From NCBI RefSeq assembly GCF_026210795.1, contig NC_089435.1, positions 2,046,001-2,110,000 on the forward strand: a DNA stretch of 64,000 nt, given 5' to 3'. Below are positions 24,563 through 37,249 of this stretch, one piece after another. The translations under genes and the position numbers were made by a program. The stretch's first letter is position 1. Each line of letters begins with the position of its first letter. The notes below the pieces were generated by a model. That model was given only the letters and a program-made list of their open reading frames with translations. It was not told where the DNA came from and did no database searches. Source of the DNA: Rhizophagus irregularis. Its lineage: Eukaryota.

Positions 24563-27500
24563 TAACGCAGGCAAATTTGCTTGCCAGAATAAGCTCAAAT
24601 ATATTTTCAGGTTCATTTCCTAAAATAATTTCCTTAGAAATAATCTCTAATTGAAGTAAGGTTTGCTGTTTGTTCTTGTCTCTTAGTTTCATTATTTTGG
24701 CATTTATCTCGCAATCTCAACATCACGCCTAGGCTCTAACTCAAAAATTTCGGCCTCAAGCTTAGTGATCTTAGCCACAAGTCTGGAATGCATACTCGAT
24801 AATTAGTTTTTATCACTGTGTACTTTATTAAAATCGAATAAAATCACACCCATTTCGTTACGGACTGCAACTAGATTACTTTTACCAAAGAAAAAAATTT
24901 TTTATTAATACAGTGCAAAAACATAATTTGGGATGTGGCCGTTTCTATGTTAATGTTTGCAGACTATTACACATAAATTATTTTTTCATCTATTCTAACC
25001 TTTTTACTCTCTGGGGATTTGTCCGCATATGCTCTATCCTTTATTATATCAACGATCACACTCAAAAGCTTCTTCACACCATTACGCAATGTCTAATACT
25101 CCTAGGATCTTTTATCTAAGGCTTTTTTTTTAAACTCGATGGTATGGGGAATTTCACTCGCTTGATTAATCTCGCCTGGACTGTAAAGCAGAAAATGCCA
25201 ATCTCTAGCCAAAGTCACAATACCTTGAGGTAGTCAAAATCATCATCAACATGAGTTAGAAGTTTTTCCGTGGATGATGCTCTTGATCCCGTTGTATTGT
25301 TACTCTAGTACAACTATGAATATGTTTTGTGTTAGTATTTCTTATTTATTCTGTCTAAACGTCTGAAGAGATATCTCCTGTGGAATAGGATAGGGAAGCA
25401 GAGATCCCAGAAAGGTCCTGATTACTAGGAGAACAAATTTTTTCCTTGTAAAAGATTTTCATTCAGAAGCAGAGACAGAGCAGGAATAAATTTCTTTGGA
25501 GTAGTTACTTGTCTTATGTGGCAAAATGTTAGTCATTTCTGATGATATATCTTTTGTTGTCGTAGGATGATATTTATGGCTGGCTGCTTTTACGTACTAT
25601 CTGTTGACCAATATATGTATTAGTCATTTCGTTGCTCTCGTTAACAGCTTCATGTCAAATAAAGCTAACTACACAGCTCGTACCTTAATGTTCGTAGTAC
25701 CATGAATCTGAAGGGGACATGAAAAGATGTATTAAGTGGATCATAATCCATTTTCGTATTTTCGTTTACTTTTGCTGAATTGCGATTTGTGACCAAAAAT
25801 CTGCTAATGAACAGGTCATTTCCATGCCGTGCCTAAGGAATGACTAAGAGGAAAAATTTTCTTGTGAAGACATTGTTTATAATAGACGGAGACTAAGATG
25901 CAGACACAATGAACAAGCAAGGGTTAAAGAGTAGCCAATCTCTCTAGGAAGATGTAATTAGACTTAATATGCAAAATCTTCACTTCATTGTCATAAAATG
26001 AGACAGATCGTATATGGTAACTGTACTAAGAGTGTTGCGTCCACATTCTTCCATAACCATAAGATCCTTGAGACTCTTACCTGCCACTGAAACTAGCACA
26101 AAACTCTTTCAACATTCTGAATTTGACTAAGAACCTCAGCAATCTCATTCCTTGGAATCTCAGATGTGGCCTCAACTTCGTAAAAATCAGTAAACAATTT
26201 ATTCCACTCCAGTGAACAAGGTTTTCGGGATTTCATGTTATTATCCATTTTTCTATTAATCACATTTCCATAGACGACAAAAAAATTTGATCGTATGAAA
26301 TAGTAAAACCAGACACTAGAGAATTATAGAACATCAGTCCTGTTTTTGTCACAAATAATGTAGCCATTAAAGATACAGTTAACGTGATTCCAAAACCTTC
26401 ATGTTCTAGAGTACATTATATAAAATAAATACGTTTTCCGTGGTTAATATATGAACATATGGTAGTTTGTTGGTGAATGCACCCACCTGAAAGTCTTGAC
26501 AGTCGACACTATGGTGATGTTGTAGTACCATTGCTGCTGAAATAATAACTCGCTCTCTTGTTGCTTGCCCTTATTGCCAATTCATATTGTAAACTGAAAA
26601 AATGTTACTATGTATTCTGTGACTTTAGTCAGTTTCACTAATCCCATGTTGGATATCATCCTAATTTCGTGTTAGAAAGATTGTGGAATGCTTTTGGAAC
26701 AGTTCTTTAAATTGATAAAAGACAGACGCAATTAATGCAATATCAAATAATACAAACTGAATTGTGCGTGAACAAAAAATATGTTTGCATCAGTTATCGC
26801 AAGAAATGGGCCGGGAGAGAATCTACAATAAACAAAAGATTATGTGTGGAGAGAAAAATCTTTGCATATTTTCTAGTTTTTTTTTCTGATTAAGAGACCA
26901 AATCTATGTGCTACGTTGTACTGTGTAATATTTTTTGAAATTAGCCAACTGCGAACTCGAGGTCACGGTCTCGTAGTTTAATTAGATGGTATGATGTCAG
27001 TTAATTCGGATAAAATTTCCCGTATTGCTATTCAATTGCACGTGTCAATTTGCAGGATACTATGAATTTTCCTGTCCTGGTATAAAATGGACTTATTAGA
27101 TATGCCTCCATATATGAGGGCAGCATAAATAGTATCATTTTTGGCTCATTAAGATTCACAAGAGAATACATATAGTGAAGATCATATATCAGAAAAACCA
27201 TCGGAAGCAAATAGAATAAGAAAAGTCTGCTAAATAAGAGAAGTCTGCTAATCTAACTTGAAGTAAACTTCTCCAAGTATATACTAGGTGCTTGAGTGAT
27301 GACTTAGTTATTTGTAACACATGAGGTATGAATCTGGGATAACGATAATAACATCCATTAATTATTCTTGATTGCTGTAATTTCTACTACATTGCTTCGC
27401 AGGCATTTTCACTAAGAACTCTTCCATCGAACAAGGTATATATCAATAATGTGATCAACGACTACCTTGATCGATTTGTAAATAGGATACTAGAAAGAAA

Positions 27501-29448
27501 CGTTACTTCACAACTCAAATATCGTGTTCTAATTTTTACGCCCATTGTCTATCTTTCCTAAGTCTCCCAGTAATCCATATGAAGGAATTTTAACAACATT
27601 TGTAATAATTCGGATATATTCTCAACTAGATATTTTTAATTCAAAAACCGGGAAGAAAATTAAAGTATGTAGTACCAAGTTACGTTCGTTACCACAAGAG
27701 AGGAGAGTCTTTTGCTAACCGCTTAGCTTTTATTTATATGTATATAAGAGCGAGCGGATAACCCATATTTCCTTGGAAACCCCCAGGTATTTGTATTTTT
27801 ACGATTTCAGAAAGTGAGACCACTTAATTTTTGCTTCGTATTACCACTACAAGCAACGAATACATACAGTACTATACTCAATTGTGACACGTTCGGTTGG
27901 AAGTAACGATAAGTAGATATTAAAGATTTTGATTTTCGAACAAGATGAAAAAATTTTATGTAAAGTTAGAATCTGTGTGGCTGAGATATATCACTGTGTT
28001 AGAGTCTGTAGAAAGAAAATACTTACTACTTCGTAATAAAATTAAAAATAAAAATAAAAATTAAAAATAAAAATTGACAAAAAAAAAAGGTATTAAGATG
28101 GGATCTGGAGGTCTCGGACCCCCTAGAAAATTTTTTTCCAATAAAATATAAGTTAAAAATGTTTCTGAATAAGGTACCATAATTCTTTAGAATATACAAT
28201 TGCATACAAATATAAACTTTAAAAATAAAATAAAGTGTATATTTAAATAAGAATCTTGCTAATTTGCTCTCCGGGTGAAATCACCCAGGTGATTTCACCC
28301 ATAATAAATCATATATAAAATTTTTAATTTGATCTTGCATATAAAAATAAATTTTACGAACACATTTACATTTATTGTGAAATAGAAAAATCTATAATCA
28401 CGTTACATCATATATATGGTTCATATGATAACCCTTGATACCACCACTAAAGTTGAAATTAAATGAAATCAGAAATAAAAATATACAAGGTTGGAATGAA
28501 CCAAAACCAAAGAGAAGATTAATGAATAACCGAAATCGTAATAAAACCAAATCAAACATAAGTAAAAATGAAATCGTATAAAAAAATAAAAAAATCCCAA
28601 CCAAAGGAAAAGAAGCCCAAGAAGAAACCCAAAAGAAACCCAATGAAACCCAAGAAGAAATCCAAAGAAGAAGTCCAAGGAAAAACCCGGCCAAAATAGA
28701 AGAAACCCAAATGAAAAATGAAACTGGTTAGTTACAGTAAAGAAACTAGACTTCTGAAATTCTGAAAAACTTGAAACTTATCATTTACTAGGATACCGAA
28801 GTTAAAAATCTACAAAAAGAAAATGGGTAATTAAGAAACAATAGCAAATAAAAAAATAAACAAATATTATAAAAAAAAAGCTTACCTTCAAAAGTCTAAG
28901 AAGAAAAAAAGGCGTTAAAGAGCGTCAAAAAACGTTAAAAGACATTAAAAATGTTAAAGGTCGTCAAAAAATGATGAAGAATGTTAAAGAACGTTAAAAA
29001 AAGGTTATTCGTTATCTGATAAACAAAACAAATAATAATCAGGTGATATCACTCACGTTAAACTCCATCCAAAATTTTATTGAAGAAAAATTCTCTTAAA
29101 TTTTTGTTATAAAATTTTAATAATAAAAAATATGTAAAGGAAAAGACGTAACCTCGCTCTATAAATAATTTTTCATCGTCTCATACTATGTTAACACGAT
29201 TAAAATACCTCTACAAGCAAATTTAAATCATAATTATTATAATTGTTAACAAAAAAAGGGGATAATTGTTGAATTTATTAGTTATATAACAATACAAATT
29301 TAATTGTTTGATCAAGAGCTCAAGACAATTACGGAATTTTGTGGTCACGAGTGTCTCACCAATAAAATCATTTTAGATTATCTATTGCGCCCATCTTTTT
29401 TTTCTGCAATTGAAAAAATTTTCTTCCTTACACCTGACTAAAAAAAAA

Positions 29449-30912
29449 ATGAAGTTCGACAGAGACGTACTTTATTTAATATCAAAAAATTTGCAAAATG
29501 ACAGTATATCACTTTATTCATTTCTTTTAGTTAGTAGAATTTGGTGTGAGGTAGCAGTACCAGTATTATGGAAAATTCCTGGAAGAATTCCTTTAACTGA
29601 AAAAGCAGAAAGTATATTATTTAACGTTATACTTTCACATTTTTCAGAAGACTCAAGAGATATTTTGAAGAAACAAGGAATCAACGATCTTTTCACAGAA
29701 GCTTATCGACCACTTTCATTTAATTACATTATCTTCTGGAGACATTTAGATTTACAACTTTTAGAGGATATGATCAAACCAAGAAATGTCGAAGAATCAA
29801 ACATTGATATTATAATAAATGAATTATTAAAATTATTTATTAACAAAAATACTAAATTTCTTTCACTTTTTATTCCATATAATTTTAAATATCAATTACA
29901 TAATATTTTATGGGCTGAAAAATGCTTTTCAAGTCTTAAATTCCTTCATTGTGATAATAGGGATAAAAATATTGTGGAAGGATTAGCTATAATAGCTAAA
30001 TCAATTAATAAACTCATATATCATATTACATATCTTTATGACATTTCTGGAAGCTTAATATTAATCGAAAATCAAAATAATTTGAACGAAATTAAAATTG
30101 AATGTCGTGCTTCTGTACAATTTGAAATTATTGAAATTATTGAAAAATCACTAATTAAAAAAGCAAATACTATTCAACATCTGCAAACAAATTGGGATAC
30201 TGAAGATAAATTTCTTTCATATTTTGTAAATTTAAGTAGTTTAGAAATAGGTGAATATTTCTGGTATAAATACTCTAGAAATAAAACAAATTGGTGTCAT
30301 TTGGAGAAAGTATCTTTACCTGGTTTAAAAGTTTTAATAGCCAATATTGAATCACATCAAAATTTAGATAGAATGATTAAAATTACAAATGGCCATCTTC
30401 GTGAAATTACTCTTACCCATAGTGGTATTGTTAGTGATGCTGATTATAATAGAAGACTTATTCAAGCAATTTATCAGAATTGTCCAAATCTTAGATATCT
30501 TAATATGCCAATTAAAGAACAAAATATTCCTGAATTTGAAAGGTTATTAATTAATTGTCAAAATTTAAATGGATTAATTTTTGAGTATGAAATGCATTTT
30601 AAATATAAGAGTTTATTTGAAATATTAATTAGATCATCACCAATAAGTTTGTATAAATTTAAAATTTATTTTAATCGGAAATTTGGACCTAAATTTAAAT
30701 TATTAAAATCATTTTTTGAAAACTGGAAAGATAGACATCCTATGATATTACAAATTAATATGGTGAATTTTGAAGATAGACAAGAGATGGATAAATTAAA
30801 AGAGTTGGTTAAAAAGTATGAAATAAAAGGAATAGTTCAAAGATGTGACTTTGATTGCTTTTATTATTATGAAGATTTTGATTGGATTCGAAAAAAAACA
30901 GATGTTTATTAG
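29449..30912 (+). CDS. F-box-like / RNI-like LRR protein, intronless
   Basis: ATG at 29449. N-terminal F-box-like motif (DVLYLI..L..D..SLYS.LLVSRIWCEVAVPVLW) and C-terminal LRR-like segments (LIQAIYQNCPNLRYL, LLINCQNLNGL, SSPISLYKFK, FFENWKDRHPM). Confidence 0.88.
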   Translation: MKFDRDVLYLISKNLQNDSISLYSFLLVSRIWCEVAVPVLWKIPGRIPLTEKAESILFNVILSHFSEDSRDILKKQGINDLFTEAYRPLSFNYIIFWRHLDLQLLEDMIKPRNVEESNIDIIINELLKLFINKNTKFLSLFIPYNFKYQLHNILWAEKCFSSLKFLHCDNRDKNIVEGLAIIAKSINKLIYHITYLYDISGSLILIENQNNLNEIKIECRASVQFEIIEIIEKSLIKKANTIQHLQTNWDTEDKFLSYFVNLSSLEIGEYFWYKYSRNKTNWCHLEKVSLPGLKVLIANIESHQNLDRMIKITNGHLREITLTHSGIVSDADYNRRLIQAIYQNCPNLRYLNMPIKEQNIPEFERLLINCQNLNGLIFEYEMHFKYKSLFEILIRSSPISLYKFKIYFNRKFGPKFKLLKSFFENWKDRHPMILQINMVNFEDRQEMDKLKELVKKYEIKGIVQRCDFDCFYYYEDFDWIRKKTDVY

Positions 30913-31205
30913 ACATTATATATATAGGCTTTATTAAATATAAATAAACACAATATTTTTATATGAAGAAAGGGGTTATTTTATTTTATTCATGATGATG
31001 TAATTTTATCTTATGATCTGGTATTAATAATCATTATAAATGATTTACTAACATTATGGTCTTACAGTCAAATCTTTATACAGCCTACTAACAATACATC
31101 AATTTATATAAATAGGGCGATTTAAATTTAAGGAAATAAAATATGGTAAATAAAGAAAAAAATAATAATAAATAATACCTACTCTTGCAAATTGGTTTAA
31201 TGGGT

Positions 31206-32665
31206 TTAATTTAGAATTTGAAATACTTCATAATCTTCCACATAAAATTTATCAGCAGCTTTTCTGCTGATTTGTTTTTCGTAACGATCATTCTCACAAT
31301 ATACAGTCTTCCCAATTAAACAAAGGTCAAATTTACCAAATGCTGAACAAGCATGATTATAGTTTAATATAGCAAATTCTTCATCTTTCACACGACTAAA
31401 TATATAATTTTCAATATCATCACTATTCTCAAAAGAAAATATAAAATTATCCTCAGTAGTGCCATAATTACCAGCATCATTAGACTCCCATTTAATTGGA
31501 TTATATCCCCCAAGAATTTCATCACTATTATCTAATTTAATAATTGTTATAGTACGAAATTGATTATCATATATATCATGAAATTTTTCACGTGTAAACC
31601 CATCACGAGATTCACGAAGTAACAATTTAAATTTGTACACATTTTCTATCTCATCCGTAATTTCTAATCTATCAATCAATTTCGAGATTAATTCAGCATG
31701 TTGAATTGTAATGATTTTGGAATCTATATTATTTTTTTCTTAGTAGCTTTTGATTGTTTAATTGATTGGTTGTTAGAATCCAACTTTTGGTAAAACTTTT
31801 TTATAAGGTAATATTTCGTTTGAAAATTCTTCTGAAGTCAAATTATAAAATTTAATAAATGGAATATAATGCTGAACTTTTTTTCAAAGTATTAAAATCT
31901 TCTTTTGAAAAATTTGCAGTATCAGAAGGAAGTTCTGGATTTTGAGCAAGTCCCCATTTAAGCACATTTTTTCATACTTGAATTTCGTCCATTTGAAGAT
32001 TATCATTTTGAATAATTGTGATCAAAAGTTTTTCTGGAATTGAGGAAAAATTTAAAGATTTGATTATCTTATCTGGTCCTTTGGAGGTTAAATTAGTACA
32101 AAAATTTTGAAGTTCCAAGAAAGAATCGTTCTCAAAGCTTATTGATATATCAAATTAAAATTTTGTTCCATCCAATTTGCCTTAGTTTTAATCAAGAAGG
32201 ATTGTATATAACTAAAATAAGTGATTAATTCTTGGAGACCAAGTTCACTCCCTGCAACCAAAACTTTAATAATATCCGAAGTATCATATTCCTCTAAAGT
32301 AATTCTTCCACTATAAATATATCTAAAATAGTTAAGAACGTAAATTTAAATAATAAATTATACAAATATTTTTTTGTATTTAAATTTTAATTCTTTCCTT
32401 TTTCTTACCTTAAGATTATTTGAAAAATTTCAGATAAAATATTTTGTAATTTTATATGAAACAACGTTCCTTCATTTTTCCTTTTATTAGTTGATAAAAT
32501 TCTTCGTAGATACGTGGAACGATAATGTAAGATAACCATATGAGCACGAAATATCTTTATATAAGAGTCATTTCCAACTTCAATAGTAACATCATAGTAT
32601 TCATCGTCATTTAAAATTTCAAGTAAACTTTGAGACAATTTCAGTAAAAGTTCTTTATCATCCAT
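31206..32665 (-). pseudogene. BTB/POZ-BACK-TLDc pseudogene
   Basis: Exon 1 is intact. Exon 2 carries a ~10-bp insertion near 32211-32220 and deletions or frameshifts around 31740-31880. The TLDc part stays open (31206-31679). Confidence 0.85.
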
Positions 32666-33400
32666 AATTTATAAATTTAAAAAAATAAATAAAGAAATGA
32701 AAAAGAAAATGATTGACAATTTTGTCGAACGGTAGGTAACCTTACTTAAATTGCTACTACAGCTTGTTGATCATCAACGTTTACTGTAGCACCTTATATT
32801 GTTCGTGTCATTTGTAAGAAATTCTTTTTTTTTTAAAAAAAAAAATTAGTAACGCGTTTATTTATTTATGAATCAAAAATATATATAAAAAAGATCACAT
32901 AAACATCAAAACACTTAGAAAACAAACTTTTTAAAAAAATTTACCCTCTATAACTAAAGTATTCGAACAAATACTAATATCTAAAGATCAAAAATTATAT
33001 TGTGTATGATCTAAATTCTTGTTAACTACGCTACTAAACTAATTTTACTATTTTTTTATATTTTTGATATTTTCTATGTTTAGAGACTTTTACTACTTTT
33101 TTCTTAATTTTTTTTAAAACTAATTCAAGGCTGAGTCTGGTTAAAGGCGCCCCACTTGAAATCAAAAACAAAAACAAGATTGTGAAAAATAAAAAAAAAG
33201 AAAACTAATAAAATTTTAATACATTAAAAAAAAAAACTCTATTTTTGATGGACATTTGTAAGAAATTCGTCGTCATCTATGTAATTAAAAAAATGGTGTT
33301 TGCGACTAACGTTTAGATTAGCCTGTATAAATTAATTTTGAATTGCTGATCCGTATTCTTTATAGTTAAGACCCGCTTGATCTGCTAGTCATGTTGTACA

Positions 33401-36400
33401 TCTAATCCAATTCCGGTTAATGAAATTTAATCGGAATTTTATTTTTTTCAACGATCTTTTACCAAATGGTTCTTTCTTTTTTTTCAAATTTCCTCTTTTC
33501 TCTTTCGAAACACCTTTTCTTTTCCTTTTTTAAAAATTTTTCGTTTTTTCCTCTTTTTTTTTTTATTCTTTTCCCATTTAGATTTGGTTTTTATTCCAAA
33601 GCTGAAAAATTATTATTTTTTTTTTATTAAATAACCTTTTAAGACTTATCAGATTATATTTTTTTGGTCTTTTTTACGACATATTAATTTTTTTTTGAAT
33701 TTTTTTTCGGTCTTTCTGGACTGAATCTTTTTTGGTACTTATTTTTTTTTAAAACCAATTCCTTTCTTTATCCTTTTTCTTTTTCTTTCGATTTTTTTTT
33801 ATTTTTTCTTTCTTTTGGCTTTTCGGTTTCTTTTTTCAACCCGATTTTTCTCTTTATTTCTCCCCACAATTTTTTTTTTTCGTTTTTATTTTTTCGAATT
33901 TTTTATATTTTTTTGTTTTTTTCCGGTTGGCTTTTTTTCCAATCCGAAAATTTTTTCCCTTTTCCTTTCTCGGTTTGGCTTTTTTTCTTTCAACCGAATT
34001 TTTTTTCCTGAATACATTCTTTCCCCATTTAGGTTTGGATCAGTGATCGGATCAATATTGCGGCGCCACGGCAATTGCCTTTTTTCCCGATAATAATAAT
34101 ATTTTTTTGCATCAAACTCAATAATAGACTAATATAATTAATTAATTATTTTTTGTAACAATAGATCGTTATAATTAATTTTTCTGGGGAATTTTTTTTT
34201 CATGATAATAAATCGTTATAATTAATTTTTCTGGGAATTTTTTTTCATATTAATTGTAGTGAGATATTTTTTTTTTAGAGGATGTTATTTTTTTCAATGT
34301 TACAATGGGATTTTTTAAGATAAATAAAAAAGATGTTTTTTATAACAATGTAACAATGTACTAATACAAAAATGTTTTCAGTACTGCAACATTTGTTTCG
34401 AGTGATAAATAAAATTTGCATTTAATAATAATATTTCATATACTACTGTATAACACTTGCATTGTTATTTGTATAATCATATAAATTGTGTAATTTATTA
34501 CATTTATTTCCTACTAACTCACTTTAATTTGTGTAATTCATTCAACTGTTGAATGAGAAAGTAATAATTTTATTATATAAGAAAATATTGGTATTATGAG
34601 AAAAGAAGATAATACAACAATGAATTTAAAAATAATTTCTTTTTTTTCCAAAAAATCCATCAGTTACGTTATAAGAAAAGTACAAGATGATGATGATTTA
34701 TTTAAAAGTAGCAAACTTAATATTAATGAATTTGTTGGAAAGGGAAATGTTGCTGACAAATTTAATATAAAATGTAGATACTTAAAAGCGGATAAGAGAA
34801 TTGATAATAAAGCGAAAAAAATCCATAAACGGATTCTTTTCTTACATTCAATAAATAACATCTATATAACTAAAAAAATTCAATGTCATGTTTAGACTAC
34901 CCCCTGTATAGATAATTTTGAATCGTGCAATGTGGTACGTCTGTGGATGATTTATTCCGTGTTAGTATAGCGTCCCTATATTATTATGGCTAAAAGAATT
35001 TTGATCGGTAAGTTCATTGCATGAACGTCGATCATCTATTGCCACCAAAATTTAATCATTCGTTGATTACTAATATTTATTATCTATCCTGTATAAATAA
35101 TAATTGTGAATTGTGTAATGTGCGGTCTGTCTGCTCCTGATCTATTCCATAATAATATAGGTTTTTTATTTCTTTTAGCTCTCTATATTATAGTTAAAAA
35201 TAATTAATTAGTGAATGCTGATGTCCAAAATATTATATTCTTTTTGGTTAGATTGATAGTTCGAGAGGTTGACCAGCAGTTGGGTTGACCCAAAATATTT
35301 GGTTACTAATATTTATTCTTTTTTTCTAAATAGTTTTTAAAACCCGATTTTAATTTATTCCTTCATTTATTTTAATTAAAATACCATTAAATTCTAAGAA
35401 TTTTTTTTTAGCATTTTTAGTATTTTTCTTATTACTGATTTTTTTTCTATTTTAGTTTTAGTAATGTTTTTTATCCTTATCGATAATAATTTCTTTTAGT
35501 AATTTTCTGATATTCTTTTCCTTTTAGTTTTAGTAATATTTTCTTTTTTAGTATAGACTTTTTCCCGATTTTTTCTTAGTAATGTTTTAAATTTTTTAGT
35601 ATATTGTATCTCCCCGATGATAATTTTTTTTTAGATCATATTTATCTCATTTTTTTATCGATCATATTGTATCTCCCCGATAACAATAGGCCTTTCTTTA
35701 ATTTATTTTACTTTTTTTTTTTACAATGGATCGGAATTTGTTTTCATTTAGTAATTTTTTTTTATATTTAGAAATTTTTTTTATTTTTTAAAAATTTTTT
35801 TTCCAACAATAGATCGGACTTCGCCCTTTCTTTATGTTCGGTAACTGACATTTACTAATCTTAATTGGTAATAGTTAGTTCCGGTTATAAAAAAAATTTA
35901 CTTTTTTTTTGCTTCCCGGTAACTGTCGTCATTCTAATACTTAAGTAAGAATATATATATCTTTGTAACAATAGATTTGATAAGTGAAATTTTTTTTTGA
36001 TATAAATTTTTATTTTAAACAATAGATTACTATGATATAATCTCTGTAATAATACATTCGTATGATGGTATTCTTGGTGATGAGAAATTTATTTATTTTT
36101 TTTGTAACAATTAATTATTCATTATTCTAATATAATAATCATATTGTAAATATAAATTACTATATGTTCAGTATTATACAATGTCTTCTTGAAATTAAAT
36201 TCTTAGTCTAATATTAAATATAACTACTTCAGTCTTTTCTTAACATGCAAAAAATTTTTTTAATGTGTAAAAGAATTTTTCTATATAAAAATTTTTTCTA
36301 GGGTACTGACTACCTTTCAGAACCCTTTCTTAGGCTTTTTTTTCACCTTTTTAAATTTTTATTTTATTTACTTCATATCACCGGGTGTGATCATCACCGT

Positions 36401-36671
36401 TGGCCGGAATTATCAATTTTTACCGGCATTTTATTTTTTTAATGCTGGTCGATCATAATAATTTCAGTCACCGGTGATAGTTAGAAAAATTCTAATTTTA
36501 TTATTTATTTTATTTTGAATTTTCAATTCTTCAAATTTCTAATTACAAACAAAATTTAGTATTATATAAGTAACAAAATTTCTAAACATAAATCAGATTT
36601 TTCTTTACAATACATACACTATAATATGCAATTAATATATATCCTGGCGCAGCGTGACAGGTTACGACTAG
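33401..36671 (+). mobile_element. Probable non-autonomous Helitron (5' boundary tentative)
   Basis: 3' end CCTGGCGCAGCGTGACAGG hairpin then GTTACGACTAG|T at 36671. Candidate A|TC 5' end at 33400/33401 where a T-rich tract begins. Degenerate internal ORF 34596-34895. No Rep/helicase. Confidence 0.5.
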
Positions 36672-37249
36672 TATTAACTTAAAGACCGTGCCAACTTGAT
36701 TCCTGACGCCACCCTAGTTAAGATTTATAAAATTTTTACAAGGTATATATTACAATCTTAAAGAACTTTTTAATAAATGACTGTAAAAAAGGAATAATAG
36801 AAAATAGTTACATATCGTACATAAGGTTTTAAAAGATTATTCAAATTAACATTTTTTTGTTTAGTTCCTTTATTGGCATGAAATTGAATGTAAAAAATGA
36901 ACTTGCTTAATTGATATTTTAATTTATGAAAATTTAATTGAATAAAATACTGGCAAAAATACTTATAATCTTAATGTGAAAAAACAAACAAGTTTAATTT
37001 TGCAATTTTTTTATTATAGATAAAAATGACGGTGGTCAAATGGTCGGTCAGAGTCTTTGATCTACTGACCGACCGTTGTGACCCATAGTTGGAATTTCTC
37101 AATGCAGATCAGTGCATACTCATTTAAATATTCCTTTTTGGTAGCTCATTCATGGATATATTGAATAAGAAAAAAAAATTTTTTTTATCTAAAAAAAGCT
37201 TGTCAAAAAAAATTATTATTTCCCATAAAACAAATTTCTAAAATAACAA

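Noticed and set aside
23296..25182. Tc1-like element bounded by TA|CAGT...ACTG|TA
   Set aside because: The ends agree only over CAGT and a short TAATCAAG, which is too weak to call TIRs.
28398..28694. Hydrophobic membrane-protein-like ORFs (also 10220-10405, 16610-16831, 33815-34093)
   Set aside because: Translations of T-rich low-complexity or minisatellite DNA, mostly with non-ATG starts.
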